Positions 22,511-34,192 are shown, counted from the stretch's first letter. The stretch is DNA of 64,000 nt from Escherichia coli (GCF_044324785.1 NZ_CP172127.1); one strand, 5' to 3'. A program made the numbers and translations. The notes: a model not told the origin generated them from the sequence alone.

Positions 22511-22528
22511 CTCCTACAGCTGTAAGAA
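22511..22528. promoter_or_regulatory. EvgA box upstream of safA-ydeO (CTCCTACA-GC-TGTAAGAA)
   Basis: Match to the EvgA inverted-repeat consensus about 110 bp upstream of safA; safA-ydeO is a known EvgA-activated operon. Confidence 0.7.
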
Positions 22529-22639
22529 ACTCCGCTCAGTACTGAAGCGCCAGTCCTATTTCCTCTACTCTCCAGCCTGTTATATTAAGCATACTGATTA
22601 ACGATGCTTAACGTCATTCGTTTAATAAACACATTTGAA

Positions 22640-22831
22640 ATGCATGCGACCATAGTGAAAAATAAAATCACGCAAAGAGACAACTATAAAGGGATCATGT
22701 CTGTAATTGTGGTTGTCTTATTACTGACCCTTACGGTGATAGCCATTTTTTCGGCAATTGATCAGCTGGGTATTTCAGAAATGGGTCGCATTGCAAGGGA
22801 TCTTACACATTTCATTATCAATAGTTTGTAA
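22640..22831 (+). CDS. safA: Small membrane protein SafA, PhoQ-activating connector (63 aa here)
   Basis: MHATIVKNKITQRDNYK... with single transmembrane segment; ORF opens at 22604; C-terminus two residues shorter than K-12 SafA as I recall it. Confidence 0.85.
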   Translation: MHATIVKNKITQRDNYKGIMSVIVVVLLLTLTVIAIFSAIDQLGISEMGRIARDLTHFIINSL

Positions 22832-22911
22832 GACTGAAAATAAACAGCAAATTATAAATATGAAATGTTAAAAAAGTATCGATAAAAACTTTATTGTTTT
22901 AAGGAGATAAA

Positions 22912-23673
22912 ATGTCGCTCGTTTGTTCTGTTATATTTATTCATCATGCCTTCAACGCTAACATTTTAGATAAAGATTACGCCTTCTCAGACGGCGAGAT
23001 CCTGATGGTAGATAACGCTGTTCGTACGCATTTTGAACCTTATGAGCGGCATTTCAAAGAAATCGGATTTAATGAAAATACCATTAAAAAATATCTACAA
23101 TGCACTAACATCCAGACAGTGACGGTGCCTGTTCCTGCGAAGTTTTTACGTGCTTCAAATGTACCGACTGGATTGCTTAATGAAATGATTGCTTATCTCA
23201 ACTCGGAAGAACGCAATCATCATAATTTTTCAGAACTTTTGCTTTTTTCTTGCCTGTCTATTTTTGCCGCATGCAAAGGTTTCATTACACTATTAACTAA
23301 CGGTGTGCTATCCGTTTCCGGGAAAGTGAGAAATATTGTCAACATGAAGCTGGCGTACCCATGGAAGCTGAAAGATATTTGTGACTGCCTGTACATTAGT
23401 GAAAGCCTGTTGAAGAAAAAACTTAAGCAAGAGCAAACGACATTCTCACAGATTCTTTTAGATGCCAGAATGCAGCACGCAAAAAATTTGATACGCGTAG
23501 AAGGTTCAGTCAATAAAATTGCCGAACAATGTGGTTATGCCAGTACATCTTATTTTATTTATGCGTTCCGCAAACATTTCGGCAACAGTCCGAAGAGAGT
23601 TTCTAAGGAGTACCGTTGTCAAAGGCACACCGGTATGAACACGGACAACACGATGAGTGCTTTAGCTATTTGA
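22912..23673 (+). CDS. ydeO: AraC-family acid-resistance regulator YdeO
   Basis: 253-aa ORF with C-terminal AraC HTH (...YASTSYFIYAFRKHFGNSP...); downstream of safA. Confidence 0.92.
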   Translation: MSLVCSVIFIHHAFNANILDKDYAFSDGEILMVDNAVRTHFEPYERHFKEIGFNENTIKKYLQCTNIQTVTVPVPAKFLRASNVPTGLLNEMIAYLNSEERNHHNFSELLLFSCLSIFAACKGFITLLTNGVLSVSGKVRNIVNMKLAYPWKLKDICDCLYISESLLKKKLKQEQTTFSQILLDARMQHAKNLIRVEGSVNKIAEQCGYASTSYFIYAFRKHFGNSPKRVSKEYRCQRHTGMNTDNTMSALAI

Positions 23674-24074
23674 TTATTTGCTAACGAGTAGTCAACCACA
23701 CACGCTACGTAAGAATTAAATGGGGCAGCCATTTCCTGCCCCGCGTTGTTTTTAGGCGATATATTTATTGAAATAAATAAGTGACACTCATCACATATTT
23801 ATGCATTTGCATAACCTGTTGCATAATTATTTATGATCTTAATTCGGAATTTTGTCAGTAAAATACAATAATTTATTAAATATCAATAGATTAGTTGTTT
23901 ATCTGCGAGAAATTACTTAGTAGAATAGAAAGTAATGTCAACAGTTTATGGACTGTTATTTCTCTTTTTTTAGCTAAATCTGCTATCTCTTTATGTGACT
24001 AACTTCACTTACATCCACTTATTTCTCTTCGTAAAATTACTTTGGAATTAAGTACAATAAGAAGAGGAACATTT

Positions 24075-25757
24075 ATGAAGTCTGCATTAAAGAAAAGTGT
24101 CGTAAGTACCTCGATATCTTTGATACTGGCATCTGGTATGGCTGCATTTGCTGCTCATGCGGCAGATGATGTAAAGCTGAAAGCAACCAAAACAAACGTC
24201 GCTTTCTCAGACTTTACGCCGACTGAATACAGTACCAAAGGAAAGCCAAATATTATCGTACTGACCATGGATGATCTTGGTTATGGACAACTTCCTTTTG
24301 ATAAGGGATCTTTTGACCCAAAAACAATGGAAAATCGTGAAGTTGTCGATACCTACAAAATAGGGATAGATAAAGCCATTGAAGCTGCGCAAAAATCAAC
24401 GCCGACGCTCCTTTCATTAATGGATGAAGGCGTACGTTTTACTAACGGCTATGTGGCGCACGGTGTTTCCGGCCCCTCCCGCGCCGCAATAATGACCGGT
24501 CGAGCGCCCGCCCGCTTTGGTGTCTATTCCAATACCGATGCTCAGGATGGTATTCCGCTAACAGAAACTTTCCTGCCTGAATTATTCCAGAATCATGGTT
24601 ATTACACTGCAGCAGTAGGTAAATGGCACTTGTCAAAAATCAGTAATGTGCCGGTACCGGAAGATAAACAAACGCGTGACTATCATGACAACTTCACCAC
24701 ATTTTCTGCGGAAGAATGGCAACCGCAAAACCGTGGCTTTGATTACTTTATGGGATTCCACGCTGCAGGAACGGCATATTACAACTCCCCTTCACTGTTC
24801 AAAAATCGTGAACGCGTCCCCGCAAAAGGTTATATCAGCGATCAGTTAACCGATGAGGCAATTGGCGTTGTTGATCGTGCCAAAACACTTGACCAGCCTT
24901 TTATGCTTTACCTGGCTTATAATGCTCCGCACCTGCCAAATGATAATCCTGCACCGGAGCAATATCAGAAGCAATTTAATACTGGTAGTCAAACAGCAGA
25001 TAACTACTACGCTTCCGTTTATTCTGTTGATCAGGGTGTAAAACGCATTCTCGAACAACTGAAGAAAAACGGACAGTATGACAATACTATTATTCTCTTT
25101 ACCTCCGATAATGGTGCGGTTATCGATGGTCCTCTGCCGCTGAACGGGGCGCAAAAAGGCTATAAGAGTCAGACCTATCCTGGCGGTACTCACACCCCAA
25201 TGTTTATGTGGTGGAAAGGAAAACTTCAACCCGGTAATTATGACAAGCTGATATCCGCAATGGATTTCTACCCGACAGCTCTTGATGCAGCCGATATCAG
25301 CATTCCAAAAGACCTTAAGCTGGATGGCGTTTCCTTGCTGCCCTGGTTGCAAGATAAGAAACAAGGTGAGCCACATAAAAATCTGACCTGGATAACCTCT
25401 TATTCTCACTGGTTTGATGAGGAAAATATTCCCTTCTGGGATAATTACCACAAATTTGTCCGCCATCAGTCAGACGATTACCCGCATAACCCCAACACCG
25501 AAGATTTAAGCCAATTCTCTTATACGGTGAGAAATAACGATTATTCGCTAGTCTATACAGTAGAAAACAATCAGTTAGGTCTATACAAACTGACGGATCT
25601 ACAGCAAAAAGATAACCTTGCCGCCGCCAATCCGCAGGTCGTTAAAGAGATGCAAGGCGTGGTAAGAGAGTTTATCGACAGCAGCCAACCACCGCTTAGC
25701 GAGGTAAATCAGGAGAAGTTTAACAATATCAAGAAAGCACTAAGCGAAGCGAAATAA
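24075..25757 (+). CDS. ydeN: Putative sulfatase YdeN (alkaline-phosphatase superfamily), secreted
   Basis: 560-aa protein MKSALKKSVV... with signal peptide and sulfatase signature region; ORF opens 11 codons upstream at 24042. Confidence 0.9.
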   Translation: MKSALKKSVVSTSISLILASGMAAFAAHAADDVKLKATKTNVAFSDFTPTEYSTKGKPNIIVLTMDDLGYGQLPFDKGSFDPKTMENREVVDTYKIGIDKAIEAAQKSTPTLLSLMDEGVRFTNGYVAHGVSGPSRAAIMTGRAPARFGVYSNTDAQDGIPLTETFLPELFQNHGYYTAAVGKWHLSKISNVPVPEDKQTRDYHDNFTTFSAEEWQPQNRGFDYFMGFHAAGTAYYNSPSLFKNRERVPAKGYISDQLTDEAIGVVDRAKTLDQPFMLYLAYNAPHLPNDNPAPEQYQKQFNTGSQTADNYYASVYSVDQGVKRILEQLKKNGQYDNTIILFTSDNGAVIDGPLPLNGAQKGYKSQTYPGGTHTPMFMWWKGKLQPGNYDKLISAMDFYPTALDAADISIPKDLKLDGVSLLPWLQDKKQGEPHKNLTWITSYSHWFDEENIPFWDNYHKFVRHQSDDYPHNPNTEDLSQFSYTVRNNDYSLVYTVENNQLGLYKLTDLQQKDNLAAANPQVVKEMQGVVREFIDSSQPPLSEVNQEKFNNIKKALSEAK

Positions 25758-25808
25758 CTAAACCTTCATGCGGCGGATTTTTCCGCCGCCTTATTGAGCG
25801 AGATAGCG

Positions 25809-26966
25809 ATGCACGTTACAGCCAAGCCCTCCAGTTTTCAATGTAATCTCAAATGTGATTACTGTTTTTACCTTGAAAAAGAGTCGCAGTTTACTCATGA
25901 AAAATGGATGGATGACAGCACTCTGAAAGAGTTCATCAAACAATATATCGCAGCGTCTGGCAATCAGGTCTATTTTACCTGGCAAGGGGGTGAACCCACT
26001 CTGGCTGGCCTGGATTTTTTCCGTAAAGTTATTCACTATCAACAACGCTATGCAGGCCAAAAACGTATTTTTAATGCATTACAAACGAATGGCATTTTAT
26101 TGAGTAATGAATGGTGTGCCTTTCTCAAAGAACATGAGTTTCTGGTTGGTATCTCGATCGATGGCCCCCAGGAGCTACATGACCGTTACAGACGCAGTAA
26201 TTCAGGTAACGGTACTTTTGCAAAAGTGATAGCAGCCATCGAGCGTCTGAAATCATATCAAGTAGAGTTTAATACGTTAACCGTCATTAATAACGTTAAT
26301 GTCCATTACCCTCTTGAGGTTTATCATTTTTTAAAATCTATCGGCAGTAAACATATGCAATTTATCGAATTGCTCGAAACCGGGACGCCGAATATTGATT
26401 TCAGTGGTCATAGTGAGAACACATTCCGTATCATTGATTTTTCTGTGCCTCCTACGGCTTATGGCAAGTTTATGTCGACCATTTTTATGCAATGGGTTAA
26501 AAACGATGTGGGTGAAATTTTCATCCGTCAGTTTGAAAGCTTTGTCAGCCGTTTTTTGGGGAATGGGCATACCAGTTGTATTTTCCAGGAGTCCTGCAAG
26601 GATAATCTGGTTGTTGAAAGTAATGGAGACATTTACGAATGCGACCATTTTGTCTATCCACAGTACAAAATTGGAAACATTAATAAATCTGAACTCAAAA
26701 CGATGAACAGTGTTCAACTGACAGCGCAAAAAAAACGGATTTCAGCGAAATGTCAGCAATGTGCATATAAACCTATCTGCAATGGCGGTTGTCCTAAGCA
26801 TCGTATTACTAAAGTAAACAATGAGACTGTTTCCTATTTTTGCGAAGGTTATAAAATCCTTTTTTCAACCATGGTACCTTATATGAACGCCATGGTGGAG
26901 TTAGCTAAGAACAGAGTACCGCTTTACCACATTATGGATGTTGCAAAACAAATGGAGAATAATTAA
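25809..26966 (+). CDS. ydeM: Radical-SAM anaerobic sulfatase-maturating enzyme homolog YdeM
   Basis: CNLKCDYC radical-SAM cluster motif near the N-terminus plus C-terminal Cys-rich SPASM-like region; partner of ydeN; ORF opens at 25794. Confidence 0.9.
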   Translation: MHVTAKPSSFQCNLKCDYCFYLEKESQFTHEKWMDDSTLKEFIKQYIAASGNQVYFTWQGGEPTLAGLDFFRKVIHYQQRYAGQKRIFNALQTNGILLSNEWCAFLKEHEFLVGISIDGPQELHDRYRRSNSGNGTFAKVIAAIERLKSYQVEFNTLTVINNVNVHYPLEVYHFLKSIGSKHMQFIELLETGTPNIDFSGHSENTFRIIDFSVPPTAYGKFMSTIFMQWVKNDVGEIFIRQFESFVSRFLGNGHTSCIFQESCKDNLVVESNGDIYECDHFVYPQYKIGNINKSELKTMNSVQLTAQKKRISAKCQQCAYKPICNGGCPKHRITKVNNETVSYFCEGYKILFSTMVPYMNAMVELAKNRVPLYHIMDVAKQMENN

Positions 26967-27256
26967 TAACGCTCCCCCTTAGTTCCATTCTTAGCCTCCT
27001 TCTTATGACCTTAACAAGGCACCCGACATAAATTCCTGTCGGGTGTTTCGTCATCATCATCTTCCCTTGCGAAAATCCTGGCATACGTGGTATTCGTCAG
27101 GGCATTAGCAATACCCTTGATTATCAATAGCATAACCATAACCACTGAAAATTAAATATTTCTTTATATTTCATATTGTTAAATGATACTTAAATAAATT
27201 TCATCAGTAAATCATTGCCATAGATAATCATTGGATGGCACAATCAATTTTCGCTA

Positions 27257-28942
27257 ATGATAACCATTCCCATTACATTTCGTATGTTGATAGCAAAGTA
27301 TCTCTGTCTGCTGAAGCCCTTTTGGCTGCGTAAGAATAATAAAACTTCAGTGCTGTTAATCATTATTATCCTCGCCATGATCCTTGGCGTTGTTAAAATT
27401 CAGGTCTGGTTAAACGACTGGAATAATGATTTTTTCAATGCGCTAAGCCAGAAAGAAACCGATAAGCTTTGGCAGCTTGTTCTTTGGTTCCCTGCCCTGC
27501 TGGGGATCTTTGTATTAATATCCGTAAACAAAACATGGTTAATTAAACTACTGACTATTCGCTGGCGCGAATGGTTAACAGATTACTACCTTAATCGCTG
27601 GTTTGCAGATAAAAACTACTACTTCACGCAAATCTACGGCGAGCATAAAAATACAGATAACCCTGACCAACGTATCGCTGAGGACATTCTCTTACTGATC
27701 AGTAAAACGCTCAACCTTTCATTTGGCTTCATCCAGTCGCTTAGCATGCTGATCACCTTTACCGTTATTCTTTGGCAAAGCGCGGGTACGCTCTCATTCA
27801 CTGTTGGTGGAACAGAATGGAATATCCAGGGGTATATGGTCTATACCGTCGTGCTCATTGTGATCGGTGGAACTTTATTTACTCATAAGGTTGGTAAACG
27901 TATTCGTCCGCTTAATGTGGAAAAACAACGTAGCGAAGCGACATTTCGAACTAATCTTGTGCAGCATAATAAGCAGGCTGAACTGATTGCGCTAAGCAAT
28001 GCTGAGTCTCTACAACGCCAGGAGTTGAGCGACAATTTTCATACCATTAAAGAGAACTGGCATCGTTTAATGAATCGTCAGCGGTGGCTTGATTACTGGC
28101 AGAATATTTATTCGCGCTCGCTTAGCGTTCTTCCCTACTTTCTGTTATTGCCGCAGTTTATTAGCGGACAGATCAATCTGGGCGGACTGATGAAATCGCG
28201 CCAGGCATTTATGCTGGTATCGAACAATTTAAGCTGGTTTATTTATAAATATGATGAACTTGCTGAACTGGCTGCGGTTATCGATCGCTTGTATGAGTTC
28301 CATCAACTCACCGAACAGCGCCCTACGAATAAGCCTAAAAATTGCCAACATGCGGTACAAGTGGCTGACGCGAGTATTCGTACTCCTGATAATAAGATCA
28401 TATTAGAGAACCTAAACTTTCATGTTTCGCCAGGCAAATGGCTATTACTGAAAGGTTACTCTGGTGCGGGAAAAACCACACTGCTTAAAACATTATCCCA
28501 CTGCTGGCCGTGGTTTAAAGGTGATATTTCTTCTCCTGCTGACAGTTGGTATGTGTCACAAACACCGTTAATCAAAAGCGGCTTACTGAAAGAGATTATT
28601 TGTAAAGCACTTCCCCTGCCTGTAGACGATAAATCGTTGAGCGAAGTACTGCATCAGGTTGGTCTGGGGAAATTGGCTGCGCGTATTCATGACCACGATC
28701 GCTGGGGCGATATTCTTTCCAGCGGCGAAAAACAACGTATCGCCCTGGCACGATTAATTTTACGACGTCCGAAATGGATATTTCTTGACGAAACTACCTC
28801 TCATCTTGAGGAACAAGAGGCTATCCGCTTACTGCGTTTAGTGCGTGAAAAACTACCCACAAGCGGCGTCATTATGGTTACACATCAACCCGGTGTCTGG
28901 AACCTGGCTGATGATATTTGTGACATTAGCGCGGTTTTATAA
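27257..28942 (+). CDS. yddA: Fused permease/ATPase ABC transporter YddA (SbmA/BacA-like membrane domain)
   Basis: 561-aa ORF; Walker A GYSGAGKTT and signature LSSGEKQR in the C-terminal half. Confidence 0.92.
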   Translation: MITIPITFRMLIAKYLCLLKPFWLRKNNKTSVLLIIIILAMILGVVKIQVWLNDWNNDFFNALSQKETDKLWQLVLWFPALLGIFVLISVNKTWLIKLLTIRWREWLTDYYLNRWFADKNYYFTQIYGEHKNTDNPDQRIAEDILLLISKTLNLSFGFIQSLSMLITFTVILWQSAGTLSFTVGGTEWNIQGYMVYTVVLIVIGGTLFTHKVGKRIRPLNVEKQRSEATFRTNLVQHNKQAELIALSNAESLQRQELSDNFHTIKENWHRLMNRQRWLDYWQNIYSRSLSVLPYFLLLPQFISGQINLGGLMKSRQAFMLVSNNLSWFIYKYDELAELAAVIDRLYEFHQLTEQRPTNKPKNCQHAVQVADASIRTPDNKIILENLNFHVSPGKWLLLKGYSGAGKTTLLKTLSHCWPWFKGDISSPADSWYVSQTPLIKSGLLKEIICKALPLPVDDKSLSEVLHQVGLGKLAARIHDHDRWGDILSSGEKQRIALARLILRRPKWIFLDETTSHLEEQEAIRLLRLVREKLPTSGVIMVTHQPGVWNLADDICDISAVL

Positions 28943-28979
28943 AAACAATAAAAGCCCTGCTGTACGGAGATATAAATAA

Positions 28980-31352
28980 ATGAAGCGAGTTCTTATTCCT
29001 GGCGTCATTTTATGTGGCGCTGATGTGGCGCAGGCCGTCGATGACAAAAACATGTACATGCATGTTTTTGAAGAGATGACGGTCTATGCTCCTGTCCCTG
29101 TACCCGTAAACGGCAACACGCATTACACCAGTGAAAGCATCGAGCGTTTACCGACCGGGAATGGCAATATCAGCGATCTGCTGAGAACCAACCCTGCGGT
29201 ACGTATGGATTCAACGCAAAGTACCTCGTTGAACCAGGGAGATATTCGCCCTGAGAAAATCTCTATTCACGGTGCGTCGCCCTACCAGAATGCCTATTTG
29301 ATTGACGGTATTAGTGCAACTAATAACCTGAACCCAGCGAATGAGTCCGATGCCAGTAGTGCAACCAATATTAGCGGGATGTCACAGGGGTATTATCTTG
29401 ATGTCAGCTTACTGGACAATGTGACGCTTTATGACAGTTTTGTGCCGGTTGAATTCGGTCGCTTCAATGGCGGGGTAATTGATGCAAAGATCAAACGCTT
29501 CAATGCTGATGATAGCAGCGTGAAACTGGGTTATCGCACTACGCGTTCGGACTGGTTAACATCGCATATCGATGAGAATAACAAGAGCGCATTTAATCAA
29601 GGTTCTTCAGGAAGTACTTATTACTCTCCAGATTTTAAAAAGAACTTTTATACTTTGTCATTTAATCAGGAACTCGCTGATAACTTCGGCGTTACCGCCG
29701 GTTTATCGCGCCGCCAGTCTGATATCACCCGCGCGGATTATGTTTCGAATGACGGCATTGTCGCCGGTCGGGCACAGTATAAAAACGTTATCGATACTGC
29801 ATTGAGCAAATTTACCTGGTTTGCCAGCGACCGCTTTACCCACGATTTAACCTTAAAATATACCGGCTCCAGTCGTGATTATAATACCAGCACCTTCCCG
29901 GAGTCTGATCGCGAAATGGGTAATAAATCCTATGGTCTGGCATAGGATATGGATACCCAGCTCGCATGGGCCAAACTGCGTACCACCGTTGGTTGGGATC
30001 ATATTAGTGATTATACCCGTCACGATCATGACATCTGGTACACCGAACTTTCATGTACATATGGTGATATTTCAGGGCGTTGCACCCGTGGCGGATTAGG
30101 ACACATTTCCCAGGCTGTAGATAATTACACCTTCAAAACACGCCTGGACTGGCAAAAATTCGCCGTGGGTGATGTTTCGCATCAACCCTACTTCGGCGCG
30201 GAATACATCTATTCCGATGCATGGACTGAACGCCATAACCAGTCTGAATCCTATGTGATTAATGCTGCCGGAAAGAAAACTAACCATACCATTTACCATA
30301 AAGGTAAAGGCAGCCTGGGAATTGACAACTACACGCTGTATATGGCGGATCGCATTAGCTGGCGGAATGTGTCGTTAATGCCCGGCGTGCGGTATGACTA
30401 TGACAACTATCTGTCAAACCACAATATCTCCCCGCGCTTTATGACGGAATGGGATATTTTTGCTGATCAAACCTCAATGATTACCGCCGGTTATAACCGT
30501 TACTATGGCGGGAATATTCTTGATATGGGATTACGTGACATCCGCAATAGCTGGACGGAATCGGTATCAGGCAATAAAACCCTGACGCGTTATCAGGATT
30601 TGAAAACACCTTATAACGATGAACTGGCAATGGGATTGCAGCAAAAAATCGGTAAGAACGTTATTGCGCGCGCAAACTATGTTTACCGTGAAGCGCATGA
30701 TCAAATCAGCAAAAGCAGTCGTACCGACAGCGCGACTAAAACCACCATTACTGAATATAACAACGATGGCAAAACCAAAACGCATTCGTTTAACCTCAGT
30801 TTTGAACTGGCCGAACCCCTGCATATCCGCCAGGTAGATATTAACCCACAAATTGTCTTTAGCTATATCAAGAGCAAGGGCAACTTGTCGTTAAACAATG
30901 GTTATGAGGAGAGCAATACCGGTGATAACCAGGTGGTTTATAACGGTAATCTGGTCTCTTACGATAGCGTTCCAGTGGCAGATTTTAATAACCCATTAAA
31001 GATCTCCTTAAACATGGATTTCACGCATCAACCGAGCGGGTTGGTGTGGGCGAATACGCTGGCCTGGCAAGAAGCGCGTAAAGCTCGCATTATCCTCGGT
31101 AAGACGAATGCGCAATACATCAGCGAATATTCAGATTACAAGCAGTATGTTGACGAAAAACTGGATAGCAGCCTGACCTGGGACACCCGCTTGTCCTGGA
31201 CGCCACAATTTCTGAAACAACAAAACCTGACGATCAGTGCCGATATTCTCAATGTACTGGATAGCAAAACCGCGGTTGATACAACGAATACCGGTGTGGC
31301 GACCTACGCCAGTGGCCGTACTTTTTGGCTTGATGTCAGCATGAAATTTTAA
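28980..31352 (+). pseudogene. yddB: TonB-dependent-receptor-like outer membrane protein YddB interrupted by an in-frame amber codon (TAG at 29943-29945)
   Basis: Two same-frame ORFs (28980-29945, 321 aa; 29949-31352, 467 aa) separated only by TAG; 321+1+1+467 = 790 codons, the length I recall for K-12 YddB; C-terminal ...FWLDVSMKF is a typical beta-barrel terminus. Confidence 0.8.
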
Positions 31353-31396
31353 TAGTTCGGATTTTACTTAACCGGGTAAATTCGCCCGGTTTTCGC

Positions 31397-34192
31397 ATGG
31401 AGATAATTATGAGAAACCTCTGTTTCTTACTGACGTTAGTGGCAACTCTGTTGCTCCCCGGGCGACTGATTGCCGCCGCCTTACCGCAGGATGAAAAGTT
31501 AATTACCGGGCAACTGGACAATGGCTTGCGATATATGATTTATCCGCATGCTCAACCAAAGGATCAGGTAAATTTATGGCTGCAAATTCATACCGGTTCA
31601 TTGCAGGAAGAGGACAATGAGCGCGGCGTGGCTCATTTTGTAGAACATATGATGTTTAACGGCACAAAAACATGGCCGGGTAATAAAGTCATCGAAACAT
31701 TTGAGTCGATGGGTCTGCGCTTTGGTCGCGATGTTAATGCCTATACCAGCTATGACGAAACGGTGTATCAGGTAAGTTTGCCGACTACGCAGAAACAAAA
31801 TCTGCAACAAGTGATGGCAATATTCAGTGAATGGGGTAATGCCGCAACCTTTGATAAACTCGAAGTAGACGCTGAACGCGGCGTAATTACTGAGGAATGG
31901 CGTGCCCATCAGGATGTGAAATGGCGCACCTCTCAGGCGCGCCGCCCTTTCCTGCTGGCAAATACCCGTAATTTAGACCGTGAACCTATCGGCCTGATGG
32001 ATACTGTCGCCACTGTCACACCGGCACAATTGCGCCAATTTTATCAACGCTGGTATCAACCAAATAATATGACCTTTATCGTGGTCGGCGATATTGACAG
32101 TAAAGAAGCGCTGGCGCTGATTAAGGATAATTTAAGTAAGCTTCCGGCTAACAAAGCCGCTGAAAATCGCGTCTGGCCGACAAAAGCAGAAAACCACCTG
32201 CGCTTTAATATCATTAATGATAAAGAAAACCGGGTGAACGGCATCGCTCTCTATTATCGTCTGCCAATGGTACAAGTGAACGATGAGCAAAGCTTTATCG
32301 AACAAGCTGAATGGAGCATGTTGGTTCAGCTGTTCAATCAGCGTCTGCAGGAACGCATACAGTCGGGCGAGTTGAAGACTATTTCTGGCGGCACTGCGCG
32401 CAGCGTTAAAATTGCATCCGATTATCAGTCGCTGTTTTTCCGTGTAAATGCACGAGACGATAATATGCAGGATGCTGCGAATGCATTAATGGCAGAGTTG
32501 GCAACTATTGATCAGCATGGTTTTTCTGCTGAAGAACTCGATGATGTCAAATCTACCCGCCTCACCTGGCTGAAAAATGCGGTTGATCAGCAAGCTGAAC
32601 GTGATTTACGTATGCTGACCAGTCGCCTGGCATCCAGCTCATTAAATAATACGCCGTTCTTGTCGCCGGAAGAGACATATCAACTTTCGAAACGTCTGTG
32701 GCAGCAAATTACCGTGCAAAGTCTGGCGGAAAAATGGCAGCAGTTAAGAAAGAACCAGGATGCATTTTGGGAGCAAATGGTAAACAATGAGGTTGCTGCC
32801 AAAAAAGCATTGTCTCCTGCGGCTATCCTGGCGCTGGAAAAAGAGTACGCCAACAAAAAGCTGGCGGCTTACATCTTCCCAGGCAGAAATTTATCGTTAA
32901 CAGTAGACGCTGACCCACAGGCGGAAATTAGCAGCAAAGAAACGCTGGCTGAGAATCTGACATCATTAACACTTTCCAATGGTGCCAGGGTTATTCTGGC
33001 AAAATCCGCGGGTGAAGAGCAAAAGCTACAAATTACTGCCGTATCTAATAAAGGCGATTTAAGTTTCCCTGCGCAGCAAAAATCACTTATCGCGCTGGCA
33101 AATAAAGCAGTAAGCGGAAGCGGCGTTGGTGAACTCTCCTCTTCCAGCCTGAAACGCTGGAGTGCGGAAAACTCGGTAACCATGAGCAGTAAAGTCAGTG
33201 GCATGAATACATTGCTCTCTGTTAGCGCGCGGACTAATAACCCTGAACCTGGTTTCCAGTTGATTAACCAGCGAATCACTCACAGCACGATTAATGATAA
33301 TATTTGGGCATCGCTACAAAATGCTCAAATTCAGGCGTTGAAAACGCTCGACCAGCGTCCAGCGGAGAAATTCGCCCAGCAGATTTATGAGACGCGCTAT
33401 GCTGATGACCGCACGAAATTACTGCAAGAAAATCAGATTGCACAGTTTACTGCCGCAGATGCGCTGGCTGCCGATCGCCAGTTGTTTTCATCTCCAGCGG
33501 ATATCACGTTTGTCATTGTCGGTGATGTCGCAGAAGACAAACTTCTTCCGTTAATTACGCGTTACTTAGGATCAATCAAACACTCTGATTCGCCATTAGC
33601 CGCAGGTAAACCATTAACTCGCGCGACGGACAATGCATCGGTTACGGTAAAAGAACAAAATGAACCTGTGGCACAGGTTTCACAGTGGAAGCGTTATGAT
33701 TCCCGGACACCTGTAAATCTGGAGACGCGTATGGCGCTCGATGCTTTTAACGTCGCACTGGCAAAAGATCTACGCGTTAATATTCGTGAACAGGCATCTG
33801 GAGCATACAGCGTTTCTTCTCGCCTCTCGGTTGATCCTCAGGCCAAAGATATCAGTCATTTGCTGGCTTTTACTTGTCAACCAGAACGACATGATGAACT
33901 GTTAACGTTAGCGAATGAAGTGATGGTTAAGCGTCTGGCTAAAGGGATCAGTGAGCAAGAACTGAATGAATACCAGCAAAACGTTCAGCGCAGCCTCGAT
34001 ATCCAACAGCGTAGCGTTCAACAATTAGCGAACACCATTGTAAATAGTCTTATTCAATATGACGATCCTGCAGCATGGACTGAGCAGGAGCAATTGTTGA
34101 AACAAATGACGGTAGAGAATGTTAACACTGCCGTTAAACAATATCTTTCTCATCCGGTAAATACTTATACCGGAGTATTATTGCCAAAATAA
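31397..34192 (+). CDS. pqqL: Periplasmic M16-family zinc protease PqqL
   Basis: 931-aa ORF with signal peptide and inverted zinc-binding motif HFVEH...E; last gene of yddA-yddB-pqqL. Confidence 0.92.
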   Translation: MEIIMRNLCFLLTLVATLLLPGRLIAAALPQDEKLITGQLDNGLRYMIYPHAQPKDQVNLWLQIHTGSLQEEDNERGVAHFVEHMMFNGTKTWPGNKVIETFESMGLRFGRDVNAYTSYDETVYQVSLPTTQKQNLQQVMAIFSEWGNAATFDKLEVDAERGVITEEWRAHQDVKWRTSQARRPFLLANTRNLDREPIGLMDTVATVTPAQLRQFYQRWYQPNNMTFIVVGDIDSKEALALIKDNLSKLPANKAAENRVWPTKAENHLRFNIINDKENRVNGIALYYRLPMVQVNDEQSFIEQAEWSMLVQLFNQRLQERIQSGELKTISGGTARSVKIASDYQSLFFRVNARDDNMQDAANALMAELATIDQHGFSAEELDDVKSTRLTWLKNAVDQQAERDLRMLTSRLASSSLNNTPFLSPEETYQLSKRLWQQITVQSLAEKWQQLRKNQDAFWEQMVNNEVAAKKALSPAAILALEKEYANKKLAAYIFPGRNLSLTVDADPQAEISSKETLAENLTSLTLSNGARVILAKSAGEEQKLQITAVSNKGDLSFPAQQKSLIALANKAVSGSGVGELSSSSLKRWSAENSVTMSSKVSGMNTLLSVSARTNNPEPGFQLINQRITHSTINDNIWASLQNAQIQALKTLDQRPAEKFAQQIYETRYADDRTKLLQENQIAQFTAADALAADRQLFSSPADITFVIVGDVAEDKLLPLITRYLGSIKHSDSPLAAGKPLTRATDNASVTVKEQNEPVAQVSQWKRYDSRTPVNLETRMALDAFNVALAKDLRVNIREQASGAYSVSSRLSVDPQAKDISHLLAFTCQPERHDELLTLANEVMVKRLAKGISEQELNEYQQNVQRSLDIQQRSVQQLANTIVNSLIQYDDPAAWTEQEQLLKQMTVENVNTAVKQYLSHPVNTYTGVLLPK

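Noticed and set aside
24846-25466. 206-aa minus-strand ORF inside ydeN
   Set aside because: Entirely antisense to the sulfatase gene, no recognisable domain; shadow ORF in AT-rich DNA
29943-29945. Possibility that the window comes from an amber-recoded or TAG-free engineered genome
   Set aside because: lsrK, dosC and ddpF all terminate with TAG, so TAG is used as an ordinary stop codon here
28980-31352. Two separate genes (321 aa and 467 aa) at the yddB locus
   Set aside because: Same reading frame separated by a single TAG and matching one continuous 790-codon receptor; reported as one interrupted gene instead
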